Assembly: GCA_039630445.1 (NCBI GenBank)
Contig: JBCNVA010000141.1
Location: 347-64,346, forward strand
Direction: 5' to 3'
DNA length: 64,000 nt
Source of the DNA: Armatimonadota bacterium
GTDB taxonomy: Bacteria; Armatimonadota; Fimbriimonadia; Fimbriimonadales; GBS-DC
The number at the start of each line of letters is the position of its first letter. Position 1 is the first letter of the stretch. The notes beneath the pieces are model-generated. The model was not told the origin of the DNA. It made no database searches and saw only the letters and a program-made list of their open reading frames with translations. The position numbers and the translations under genes are program-made. Below are positions 9,244 through 16,973 of the stretch, one piece after another.

Positions 9244-10293
9244 ATGAGCGCAAATGGGTACTTCATGCGGCAGGAAATTGGCGAGCAGCCCGATGTGCTA
9301 CGCCGAATCGCTGAGCGCGAATGGCAGGTGATTCGGGAGGCTGCTGAACGGATACAGCAGGCAGGCGTGCATTATGCCCTGCTTGCTGCGCGAGGTACTT
9401 CCGATAATGCCGCCAAATATTTCCAGTACCTGCTGCAGATCGAGAATGGGCTGCCGTGTGGGCTGGCGACACCCTCGGTCGTCACGCTCTATCGAGCGCG
9501 GCTGAATCTGCAGGGCTGCCTGGTGGTGGGCATTTCGCAGTCGGGCGAGGCGCCCGATGTGATTGAGTATGTTGCCCACGCCCGTGAACGAGGTGCGCTG
9601 ACGCTCGCCATCACAAATAACCCCAAATCGCCGCTGGCGCAGGCGAGCCACCTCCACCTGTGGGTGCATGCAGGCGAGGAACGCAGTGTTGCTGCCACCA
9701 AGACCTACACGGGCACACTGGCGGTCATCTACCTGCTTTCGCACGCGCTCAAAGGAACGAGCGATGCCCCTGACAAACTCCACGCTACGGCTGAAATGGT
9801 GGCGCACGCGCTCCACCAAGAGGATGTTATTCAGCAAGTGGTAGACCGCTATCGCTATGTGCGCGAGTGCGTCTCGCTGGCACGCGGCATCAATCAGGCG
9901 ACAGCAGAGGAGACCGCCCTGAAGCTCATCGAGACCTGCTATGTGGTGTGCAAAGCCTACTCAGTCGCCGACTTTATGCATGGTCCCTTTGCGCTCATTG
10001 AGCCGGGCTTCCCATGCTTGCTCTTTGCACCCGATGGGGCGACCTTGCCTACAGTGCTGGAAGCCGCAACTCGCTTGCGCGAAGGCGGCGCAGAGACCAT
10101 CGTCTTTGCACACAATCCAGAGGTGTTGCGCCTCGCCCGCACACCGATTCGATTGCCCATCGATGTGCCCGAGAATGTTTCGCCAATTGTGTATGTTGTG
10201 CTGGGGCAGCTGTTCGCCTATCATCTGGCGCTTGCACGCGACCTGAACCCTGACCAGCCGCGCGGACTGCAAAAGGTCACTCGCACCTATTGA
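9244..10293 (+). CDS. SIS-domain sugar-phosphate isomerase/aminotransferase-like protein (GlmS isomerase-half / AgaS / FrlB type)
   Basis: Two SIS-type modules (LLAARGTSDNAAKY, VVGISQSGEAPDV, SVAATKTYT). No glutaminase domain. Confidence 0.75.
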   Translation: MSANGYFMRQEIGEQPDVLRRIAEREWQVIREAAERIQQAGVHYALLAARGTSDNAAKYFQYLLQIENGLPCGLATPSVVTLYRARLNLQGCLVVGISQSGEAPDVIEYVAHARERGALTLAITNNPKSPLAQASHLHLWVHAGEERSVAATKTYTGTLAVIYLLSHALKGTSDAPDKLHATAEMVAHALHQEDVIQQVVDRYRYVRECVSLARGINQATAEETALKLIETCYVVCKAYSVADFMHGPFALIEPGFPCLLFAPDGATLPTVLEAATRLREGGAETIVFAHNPEVLRLARTPIRLPIDVPENVSPIVYVVLGQLFAYHLALARDLNPDQPRGLQKVTRTY

Positions 10294-10314
10294 GAAGAGG
10301 TATCATCTGGGGTG

Positions 10315-10620
10315 ATGGAACGCATCGATCTGCAAGGGTTCAAAGCGAGTTTACAACAGGAAGTGCCACCTGAGCTGCCCGTTCCGCTGCTTGCGCTCTG
10401 GTACGAGGCGAAAGGCGACTGGGATCGGGCGCACCAGCTGGTGCAGAACGACCCGACGCGCGAAAGCGCGTGGGTACACGCCTATCTGCATCGCAAGGAG
10501 GGCGACCTGGGCAACGCCCGCTACTGGTACAGCCGTGCCAACCGTCCACCTGCCGACGGCTCCTTCGAAGCGGAGTGGGAACAGATTGCCCAAACCCTGC
10601 TCCAGCAGATGGAACGGTAG
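10315..10620 (+). CDS. conserved hypothetical protein (~100 aa)
   Basis: ORF track 10312 (GTG); adjacent ATG at 10315. Sequence LALWYEAKGDWDRAHQLVQNDPTRESAWVHAYLHRKEGDLGNARYWY resembles a widely conserved small family whose name I cannot give. Confidence 0.6.
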   Translation: MERIDLQGFKASLQQEVPPELPVPLLALWYEAKGDWDRAHQLVQNDPTRESAWVHAYLHRKEGDLGNARYWYSRANRPPADGSFEAEWEQIAQTLLQQMER

Positions 10621-10627
10621 CCAAGCA

Positions 10628-10636
10628 TGGTATAAT
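10628..10636 (+). promoter_or_regulatory. extended -10 element TGGTATAAT, 10 nt upstream of ATG 10647
   Basis: No SD between the -10 and the ATG, which implies a leaderless or very short-leader mRNA. Confidence 0.5.
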
Positions 10637-10646
10637 CGGCACAGTA

Positions 10647-11480
10647 ATGGAACCTGTGCGCATCGAGACCTTCGAGGACTTTTTGCGGGTGCTACGGGAG
10701 CATCCCGAGTGGTTGGATGAGCTACGGCGGCTCATTTTGACTGAGGAGCTGCTGCGCCTCCCTTTGCGCTTTGAAGCGCTCCAAGCCCGCATCGAAGCGC
10801 TCGAGGCACGCTTCGAAGCCTTCCAGCAAGAGATGTACGCTTTTCGGGATGAAATGTACGCCTTTCGGGATGAAATGTACGCTTTTCGGGAGGAGATGTA
10901 CGCTTTTCGGGATGAAATGTACGCTTTTCGGGATGAAATGCACGCCTTTCGGGATGAAATGTACGCTTTTCGGGAGGAGATCACCACTGAAGTGCGTGCC
11001 CTTCGCAAAGATGTGGATCGCCTGGATTCCCAGATGCAAAGCGTGCTAAATGATTTAGCGCGGCTAAAGGGCAGCGATCGGGAGCATTTCTATCGCTTCC
11101 GTGCACCTTCACTGTTCGGACGCTTCATGAGAAATGTTCAGCTGACCGATATGAACCAGTTATATGACCGCCTGTACACGCTCTATCCGATAGGCAGTCG
11201 CGAGATAGAGGAGATTGCCGCAGCAGACCTGATTGTGGAGGGAGTCGGGCGCCAATCGGGCGTTTCGAAGGTTGTGGTGCTGGAGGCGTCCTGGAAAGTG
11301 GATCGAAACGATGTGGAGCGGGCAAGACGCCGAGCGGACATTCTGCGTGCAGCGGGCTATAATGCCGTGCCTGCGGTGGGCGGTGCCGAAATCATGGACG
11401 ACGCGCTGCAGTTAGCCATCGAGCAGGATGTGCTGGTGATGGTGGACGGCATGCTCCATAACGCGGAAGTGGCTTCCTGA
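10647..11480 (+). CDS. coiled-coil protein with 7 tandem EMYAFRD heptads and C-terminal nuclease-like (VDRNDVERA) domain
   Basis: ORF track starts at 10470. I use ATG 10647 (MEPVRIETFEDFLRVLREHPEW), which sits 10 nt after an extended -10 TGGTATAAT. The C-terminal block DLIVEG...VVLEASWKVDRNDVERARRRADILRAAGYNAVPAV matches a family of hypothetical proteins I recall from Thermus- and Chloroflexi-type genomes. Confidence 0.7.
   Translation: MEPVRIETFEDFLRVLREHPEWLDELRRLILTEELLRLPLRFEALQARIEALEARFEAFQQEMYAFRDEMYAFRDEMYAFREEMYAFRDEMYAFRDEMHAFRDEMYAFREEITTEVRALRKDVDRLDSQMQSVLNDLARLKGSDREHFYRFRAPSLFGRFMRNVQLTDMNQLYDRLYTLYPIGSREIEEIAAADLIVEGVGRQSGVSKVVVLEASWKVDRNDVERARRRADILRAAGYNAVPAVGGAEIMDDALQLAIEQDVLVMVDGMLHNAEVAS
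10830..10976 (+). repeat. 7 x 21-bp near-perfect in-frame tandem repeat (GARATGYACGCYTTTCGGGAK) encoding EMYAFRD heptads
   Basis: Units hand-aligned at 10830, 10851, 10872, 10893, 10914, 10935 and 10956. Only 1-3 substitutions per unit. Confidence 0.95.
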
Positions 11481-11519
11481 TTGGAAAGGATTTGCAAAGG
11501 AGAAAGCAGCATAACCTCC

Positions 11520-12197
11520 TCAACGGCGTGCCGCTACAAGGCTCCTCCGATACAGTGGATGGCTCAGGTGATCAATCGCCACACCACCACGCGAACGCGC
11601 ACTGTGAATAAAGTAGCCGTCGCCAATATAGATGCCTGTGTGATCGATGTGTTTGCCCCTAATCGAGAAGTAGAGGCGATCGCCCGGTTGCAAATCCTCG
11701 ATGCGGGTGATGGGAATGCCCTTCAGTGCCTGCTCGCGGGCGCGGCGAGGTAAGCGCACCCCCAGCTGCTCATACACCAGCTTCACAAAACCCGAGCAGT
11801 CGATGCCCGTGCGTGGGTCGTTGCCACCCCAGCGGTAGCGCACGCCCAAGTATTGCATCGCAAGGCGTGTCACATAGTTCGGGTCTACCCCGCGTGGCAG
11901 GGTGTAGATGACTTCGTAGGGCGTGATTTGCACCGCGCTGCGTGGCAGCCAGCCGAGTGCGCCGTTCTGCATCAGCACGCCGCACCAGTTGCCCCGCTGT
12001 TGCTGCATCATCAGGTAGTAGCGAGCGGGCACATGCCAGTAAACGGGTGCGCGTGGGTTGGGGCGCTGATAGATGGGCGTTGGGCGCACCACCTTGATCA
12101 GCCGTCCCAACCGATACTGCACATAGTCCCCGCTTTGCCTCGGCGAGGGCTTGCCTCGCGCCGTGGGGGTGCTCAGTATGTGTCGCCTCTGTCCCAT
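11520..12197 (-). CDS. NlpC/P60 (C40) cell-wall peptidase with SH3-like N-terminal region
   Basis: Catalytic region GIDCSGFVKLVYEQLG...HTGIYIGDGYFIHS (Cys...His). Confidence 0.85.
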   Translation of the reverse strand: MGQRRHILSTPTARGKPSPRQSGDYVQYRLGRLIKVVRPTPIYQRPNPRAPVYWHVPARYYLMMQQQRGNWCGVLMQNGALGWLPRSAVQITPYEVIYTLPRGVDPNYVTRLAMQYLGVRYRWGGNDPRTGIDCSGFVKLVYEQLGVRLPRRAREQALKGIPITRIEDLQPGDRLYFSIRGKHIDHTGIYIGDGYFIHSARSRGGVAIDHLSHPLYRRSLVAARR

Positions 12198-12215
12198 CGA
12201 TAGTGTAGCTCCTAT

Positions 12216-12839
12216 TTATGCGCTTTGGGCGACGGCAGCCTCCGACTGCGGTGTCCGAACCCGATGCCGCTCCGCAATCAGGATACAGCGCAGCGTCTCC
12301 AGTGCACGGTTCAGGTCATCGTTCACGATGCAATAGTCGTACCGCGGGATGTATTCCATCTCCTTGCGCGCGTTTTGCAGTCGGAGCTGAATAGCGGCTT
12401 CGTCATCGCGTCCGCGCTTGCGCAGGCGTGCCTCCAGCTCCTCCAGCGAGGGCGGCGCCACAAAAATCAGCACCGCCTCTGGGAACCGCTGCTTGACCTG
12501 CATTCCGCCCTGCACATCGATACGCAGCACCACATCATAGCCGCGCTCGCGCCACTCCTCCATCTCGCGCAGGGGCGTGCCGTACCAGTGCCCGTGCACA
12601 TGCGCGTACTCCAGAAACGCGCCTTCCTGAGCCAGCTGCTGGAACTCCTGCTCACTGACGAAGTAGTAGTCCAGCCCGTGTCGCTCACCTGGCGTGCGGG
12701 GGCGCGTGGTATAGGTCACCAGCCGTCGCAGGGTCGGGGCGACCAGCTGCCACCGCTCGATCAGCGTGTCCTTGCCGACCCCTGCAGGCCCCGATAGCAC
12801 AATCAACAAGCCGCGCTCACGATTTGCCAACGCCTTCAC
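12216..12839 (-). CDS. gmk: guanylate kinase
   Basis: P-loop LSGPAGVGKDT, then TYTTRPRTPGERHGLDYYFVSEQEF. Start overlaps the upstream permease gene by 23 nt. Confidence 0.93.
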   Translation of the reverse strand: MKALANRERGLLIVLSGPAGVGKDTLIERWQLVAPTLRRLVTYTTRPRTPGERHGLDYYFVSEQEFQQLAQEGAFLEYAHVHGHWYGTPLREMEEWRERGYDVVLRIDVQGGMQVKQRFPEAVLIFVAPPSLEELEARLRKRGRDDEAAIQLRLQNARKEMEYIPRYDYCIVNDDLNRALETLRCILIAERHRVRTPQSEAAVAQSA

Positions 12840-13704
12840 CTCCAGCGGAATAGAGTTTGGCTCGCAGCCCCGTCGCCAGGAGCGTCAACATAAATAAAAC
12901 CCCGCTTGCAGTCGCCATCGAACCTGCAATCGAGACATCCAGCAGACGCGCAATGGTATAACCCAGCAACACCGCCAGCCAGCCGAAGGCAACGCTCATG
13001 AGAATCATCATCGGTAATCGGCGCGCAATCAGCAGGGCTGTCGCAGGTGGAACTACTAAAAATGCCAGCACCAAGATCGCGCCCACCACCTCGAAGCTGG
13101 CGACCACCACTAGGGCTACCACCGCCATGAGCAGATAATACACCCCGCGCATAGGAATTCCTGCTGTCTGCGCATAAATTGGATCAAAAGTGCTGGCAAG
13201 TAGCTCCTTATACAGCCCAACGGTCAACAGCAAGGCAACGATTAACACGCCGCTCAGCGTCCAGATGGCACGGGGACCCAGCACCATATCGCCTACTATC
13301 CAGAGGTCCCACGGCACATAGGCGATTTCACCATACAGCACGCAATCAAGGTCTAAATCGACCTGCCCACTGTAGCGCGAGATGAGCAGCACCCCCAGCG
13401 CAAAGAGCGCAGTGAAAGTCACGCCCATCGCGGCGTCGGGATGAACGAATCGCCGTTGGCTGAGCCACTGAATGATGGCAGTGCTGAGCAGACCGACTGC
13501 ACCTGCGCCTAACAGCATCGGCACTGGGGCGCGGCTGCCCGTCAGCCAGAACGCCAGCACGATACCTGGCAAAACGGCGTGGCTAATCGCGTCGCCCAGC
13601 AGCGCCATCCGCCGTAGAATCAGCCAGCAGCCCACCAGCGCACTGCTGGTCGCCACCAACCCGCCTGCTAACAGCACCCACAGCGTACTCTGCCAGTCGA
13701 TCAT
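12817..13704 (-). CDS. metal (Zn/Mn/Fe) ABC transporter permease, ZnuB/MntD/TroD type
   Basis: 295 aa, all hydrophobic. ABC-3 family pattern (LGDAISHAVLPGIVLAF). Confidence 0.85.
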   Translation of the reverse strand: MIDWQSTLWVLLAGGLVATSSALVGCWLILRRMALLGDAISHAVLPGIVLAFWLTGSRAPVPMLLGAGAVGLLSTAIIQWLSQRRFVHPDAAMGVTFTALFALGVLLISRYSGQVDLDLDCVLYGEIAYVPWDLWIVGDMVLGPRAIWTLSGVLIVALLLTVGLYKELLASTFDPIYAQTAGIPMRGVYYLLMAVVALVVVASFEVVGAILVLAFLVVPPATALLIARRLPMMILMSVAFGWLAVLLGYTIARLLDVSIAGSMATASGVLFMLTLLATGLRAKLYSAGGEGVGKS

Positions 13705-14435
13705 TTCACGGTTTCTGGGTCAACACCCAGTTCACGCAGTCGCTGGGCGAGGCGTTCTGCGCGTTGATGTTCCGCTTCAGCCTGCGTAGGCACCAGCTCG
13801 CCCTCAGCAGTGTAAAGGCGCAACCAGGGATAGTGGCGTCCACGATACTCGCCTTCCCAGATACCCAGCCACGCACCCAGCTGGGAACTCCAGAGCCAGC
13901 CGCGCTCGTTCGGCTCTATCGGCGCATAACGCCCCTCACGCAGCCGAAAGCCTTTCAGCTCGCGCGTGTCCACATCGTACCAGAAGTATTCGGCAGTTCT
14001 GAAGACCCGCTCGTAGAGTTCCTTGTTGCGCGTTTTGTCCTTTTTAGCGGTTGTGGGCGAGAGCAGCTCGATAATCACATCGGGATAGCGTCCCTCCTCA
14101 TCCCAGACCGCCCAGTATTTGCGCGGCTTAGTCCCGTCCACCTCTTTGACCACAAAAAAGTCGGGACCTTTGTAGAGCGGACGCCCTTTCCAGACGCTTT
14201 CGGCTTGCCGAAGGCTGTAGTAGATGAACATGTTGCCACCACAGAAAAAGTCGCGGCGCCCCTGCCAGAGCTGACGCACCAGTTCGTCCAGCAGGCTAAT
14301 CTGCACGACATGCCAATCGCTTTCCAACGGCTCCCCATCTCCTTCCAGCAGCGGAATCTCTGGTGGTTTGGGCACAGGTGCAGGGGGTTGACGCTTGCGC
14401 TTGGCAGATTTTGTCAGGGTTTTTGCCATCGCCAC
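13701..14435 (-). CDS. Uma2-family (DUF820) endonuclease-like protein embedded in the metal ABC operon
   Basis: Family motifs: PLESDWH, GGNMFIYY, PDFFVVKEV, PDVIIELLSPTT, EYFWYD. GTG start at 14435 lies 22 nt inside the upstream permease ORF. Its stop overlaps the downstream permease start as ATGA (13701-13704). Confidence 0.8.
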   Translation of the reverse strand: MAMAKTLTKSAKRKRQPPAPVPKPPEIPLLEGDGEPLESDWHVVQISLLDELVRQLWQGRRDFFCGGNMFIYYSLRQAESVWKGRPLYKGPDFFVVKEVDGTKPRKYWAVWDEEGRYPDVIIELLSPTTAKKDKTRNKELYERVFRTAEYFWYDVDTRELKGFRLREGRYAPIEPNERGWLWSSQLGAWLGIWEGEYRGRHYPWLRLYTAEGELVPTQAEAEHQRAERLAQRLRELGVDPETVK

Positions 14436-15256
14436 TCACCTTGCACAGTATACCTGAATAGAAACGCCATCAAAAAGAGCGCGCTGGCAATCAGCACCAT
14501 CACGGGACCTGTGGGCAGGCGTCCATAGACCGCGCTCATCAGCACACCGCCTGCTGCCGAAAGCATCCCGAATAGCGCTGCCAGCCCCACCATCCTGCTC
14601 AGTCGCTGAGTGCAGAGGCGCGCTGCTGCCGCGGGTGTAATCATCAACGCCACCATCAGCAACGCGCCCGCGCTCTGCAAGCCCAGCACTACCATCAGCG
14701 CGATCAGCCCCATCAGCAGCGCATCCAGCCCACGCACGGGCAGCCCCAGCACCTGCGCGTAATTCCTGTCGAAACAGAGAAGGGTAAACTCCTTGAACAG
14801 CACACTAACCACGCCCAAAATCAGCAGGCAAGCAAGTGTCAGGTAGCCCACTTCGTGAGACAGCAGCGCGGCGGCTTGACCAAACAGGAAGCGATCCAAC
14901 CCGCTCTGATGCCCGTCGCCCCAGCGCTGAATGCCCGTCAGCAGCACGATCCCGACCCCGAAAAAGACCGAGAGGGTCAGTGCAAGTGCCGTGTCCTCCT
15001 TGAGGCGCGTGCGATGCGTGATGACTGAGACCGCCCCGATGCCCAGCATCCCACTGAGGAACGCCCCAGCAAGCAGCCAGCCCAACTGCTTGCCACCGAT
15101 CAGATAGGCGAGGCAGATGCCAGGCAGCGTGGCATGTGCCAGCGTGTCGCTCAGCAACGCCTTGCGACGCAACAGCGCGAACACACCCAGCACCCCGCTC
15201 GTCCCACCCAGCAGCGTCAGCCCCGTTAGCACCGCGAGCGTGTTGATGTCTATCAT
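14414..15256 (-). CDS. metal ABC transporter permease, ZnuB/MntC/TroC type
   Basis: 280 aa, hydrophobic. Motif LSDTLAHATLPGICLAY is paralogous to the 12817..13704 product. Confidence 0.85.
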   Translation of the reverse strand: MIDINTLAVLTGLTLLGGTSGVLGVFALLRRKALLSDTLAHATLPGICLAYLIGGKQLGWLLAGAFLSGMLGIGAVSVITHRTRLKEDTALALTLSVFFGVGIVLLTGIQRWGDGHQSGLDRFLFGQAAALLSHEVGYLTLACLLILGVVSVLFKEFTLLCFDRNYAQVLGLPVRGLDALLMGLIALMVVLGLQSAGALLMVALMITPAAAARLCTQRLSRMVGLAALFGMLSAAGGVLMSAVYGRLPTGPVMVLIASALFLMAFLFRYTVQGEWRWQKP

Positions 15257-15259
15257 GCC

Positions 15260-15988
15260 TCAATCCAAATCCTGCAGAAAGACCAGCTTGCCACCATAGG
15301 TATGCTGCAAGTTCTCACGGGTCATTACGGCGTCCACCTTGCCCACCGCAATCAGATGCTCGTTCAGCAGCGCCACTTCATCGAAGCAGTCGCGCACCGT
15401 CTGCAGGTCATGGTGCACCATCAGCACGATGCGTCCGTTGTCACGCAGGTGGTGCAGTTGCTCCATAATCACCCTTTCGGTGGCGGCGTCCACGCCAGCC
15501 AGCGGTTCGTCCAGCAGGTAGACGGGCGCGTCTTGTGCTAAGGCACGTGCCAGAAAGACCCGCTGCTGCTGACCCCCTGAAAGCTCGCCAATTTGCCGTC
15601 GCCATAACGCCTCCAGTCCGACCTGTCGGAGGCATTCCATCGCCCATTCGCGCTCCGCTTTGCCAGGACGACGCCCCAAAGGCAGGCGAGCATAAGTGCC
15701 CATCAGCACCACATCCAGCACATTCACTGGAAAGTCCCACTCCACGCTACCGCGCTGGGGCAAATAGGCGATCTCGCCGTGCGGCTTATCCAGCGGACGC
15801 CCATTCAGCCAGACCTCGCCCGCAACGCGGGGCACCAGCCTCAGAATCGCTTTGAGCAGCGTGCTTTTGCCCGCGCCGTTGGGACCCACAACCCCCATCA
15901 AAACGCCCTCCCGCACCGTCAGCGCAATATTGTGAATCGCGGGCTTGCCATTATAGACCACGGTCAGGTTGCGTATCTCCAAGGGCAT
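15260..15988 (-). CDS. metal ABC transporter ATP-binding protein (ZnuC/MntA/TroB type)
   Basis: Walker A GPNGAGKST, signature LSGGQQQR, Walker B VYLLDEP. Confidence 0.9.
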   Translation of the reverse strand: MPLEIRNLTVVYNGKPAIHNIALTVREGVLMGVVGPNGAGKSTLLKAILRLVPRVAGEVWLNGRPLDKPHGEIAYLPQRGSVEWDFPVNVLDVVLMGTYARLPLGRRPGKAEREWAMECLRQVGLEALWRRQIGELSGGQQQRVFLARALAQDAPVYLLDEPLAGVDAATERVIMEQLHHLRDNGRIVLMVHHDLQTVRDCFDEVALLNEHLIAVGKVDAVMTRENLQHTYGGKLVFLQDLD

Positions 15989-15994
15989 CGCTTC

Positions 15995-16912
15995 TCACCT
16001 CAAAGCGTTCACGATGGTGCGCACATTGTGGCGGATCATGCCGACATAGGTCGCTGCGTCGCTGTTGGGCGGTCCGAGCGCGTCGGAATAGAGCGTGCCG
16101 CCCAGTCGCACGAGATGCCCCCGCTGGCGACAGCGTGCAATTACGGCTTGCAAGGCACGGGGCGAGAGGCTCGTCTCCGCAAAAATCGCCTTAATCCGCC
16201 GCTGCACGATGAACTCCGCTAACACCCACAGGTCGCGCAACCCATATTCCGAGAGGGTGCTGATGCCTTGCAGGCTGCGCACCTCCAGCCCATAGGCGCG
16301 CCCAAAATAGCCAAAAGCGTCGTGCGAGGTGATTAGCACGCGCTGCGAAGGGGCTATCTGCGCTATTTGCGCCTGGCACCATTCGTGGAGCGACTGGAGT
16401 TCCTCCTGATAAGCGAGGCTACGCGCGCGAAAGCGCGCCTCATGCTGGGGGAACCGCTCGCAGAGGGCGTCGGTTGCCCGCTGCAGCGCGTAAATCCATA
16501 AAGAAACATCGTGCCACACATGGGGATCGGGTTTGCCTTCCGCTTCAGGTGGGTAGCGCAGTCGCTCAGGGGGAATCGCGCTGGCGACGGCGACAGTGGA
16601 GCGCACTCGTGCCAGCCGCCCCAAAATCAACCCCATCTTGCCCTCCAGATGCAGCCCATTATAAAGCACCAGCGTCGCTTTCGCCAGGCGTTGCAGGTCG
16701 CCCTCAGTGGGCTTGTAAAGGTGCGGGTCGGTACCAGGACCCATCAGCGCATAGACAGCGATCTCTGGCTCGCCCACGCGCCGCGCCAGGTCCGCCACCA
16801 TGCCAGTGGTGCAGACCACAAGCGGCTTGCCCGACAGCCGTCGTGCTGTGCAGCCTGCAAGGCTCGCCAACCCTACCGTCAGCGCCGTCGCTCCCCACCG
16901 AAATTTAGGCAC
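15995..16912 (-). CDS. metal ABC transporter substrate-binding protein (ZnuA/MntC/TroA type)
   Basis: Signal/lipobox-like N-terminus (LASLAGC). Cluster-9 SBP motifs DPHLY, DPHVWHD, SHDAFGYF. GTG start. Confidence 0.88.
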   Translation of the reverse strand: MPKFRWGATALTVGLASLAGCTARRLSGKPLVVCTTGMVADLARRVGEPEIAVYALMGPGTDPHLYKPTEGDLQRLAKATLVLYNGLHLEGKMGLILGRLARVRSTVAVASAIPPERLRYPPEAEGKPDPHVWHDVSLWIYALQRATDALCERFPQHEARFRARSLAYQEELQSLHEWCQAQIAQIAPSQRVLITSHDAFGYFGRAYGLEVRSLQGISTLSEYGLRDLWVLAEFIVQRRIKAIFAETSLSPRALQAVIARCRQRGHLVRLGGTLYSDALGPPNSDAATYVGMIRHNVRTIVNALR

Positions 16913-16922
16913 GCTTAAAATT
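16901..16922. promoter_or_regulatory. imperfect palindrome AAATTTAGGCACGCTTAAAATT over the start and -10 of the metal ABC operon; candidate metalloregulator operator
   Basis: 16 of 22 positions self-complementary by hand. Overlaps GTG 16912 and the minus-strand CATAAT (16920-16925). Confidence 0.3.
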
Positions 16923-16960
16923 ATGGCACGCCCTTCCCAGTGAATGCAACCTTCTGGGGG

Positions 16961-16966
16961 TATACT
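16961..16966 (+). promoter_or_regulatory. -10 hexamer TATACT, 7 nt upstream of the rph ATG (leaderless start)
   Basis: gggggTATACTtgcttaaATG. No SD. Confidence 0.5.
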
Positions 16967-16973
16967 TGCTTAA

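Noticed and set aside
10470-10646. N-terminal 59-codon extension of the repeat-protein ORF (and similar long starts at 26507, 28506, 48816, 22391, 21367, 45875)
   Set aside because: The extensions overlap upstream genes or promoters and lack an SD. They precede canonical family N-termini or start codons placed 6-10 nt after -10 boxes, so I preferred the shorter starts.
10830-10976. Possible CRISPR array (regular 21-bp repeats)
   Set aside because: The units are directly adjacent with no spacers, lie in frame inside an ORF and encode heptads. This is a tandem coding repeat, not CRISPR.
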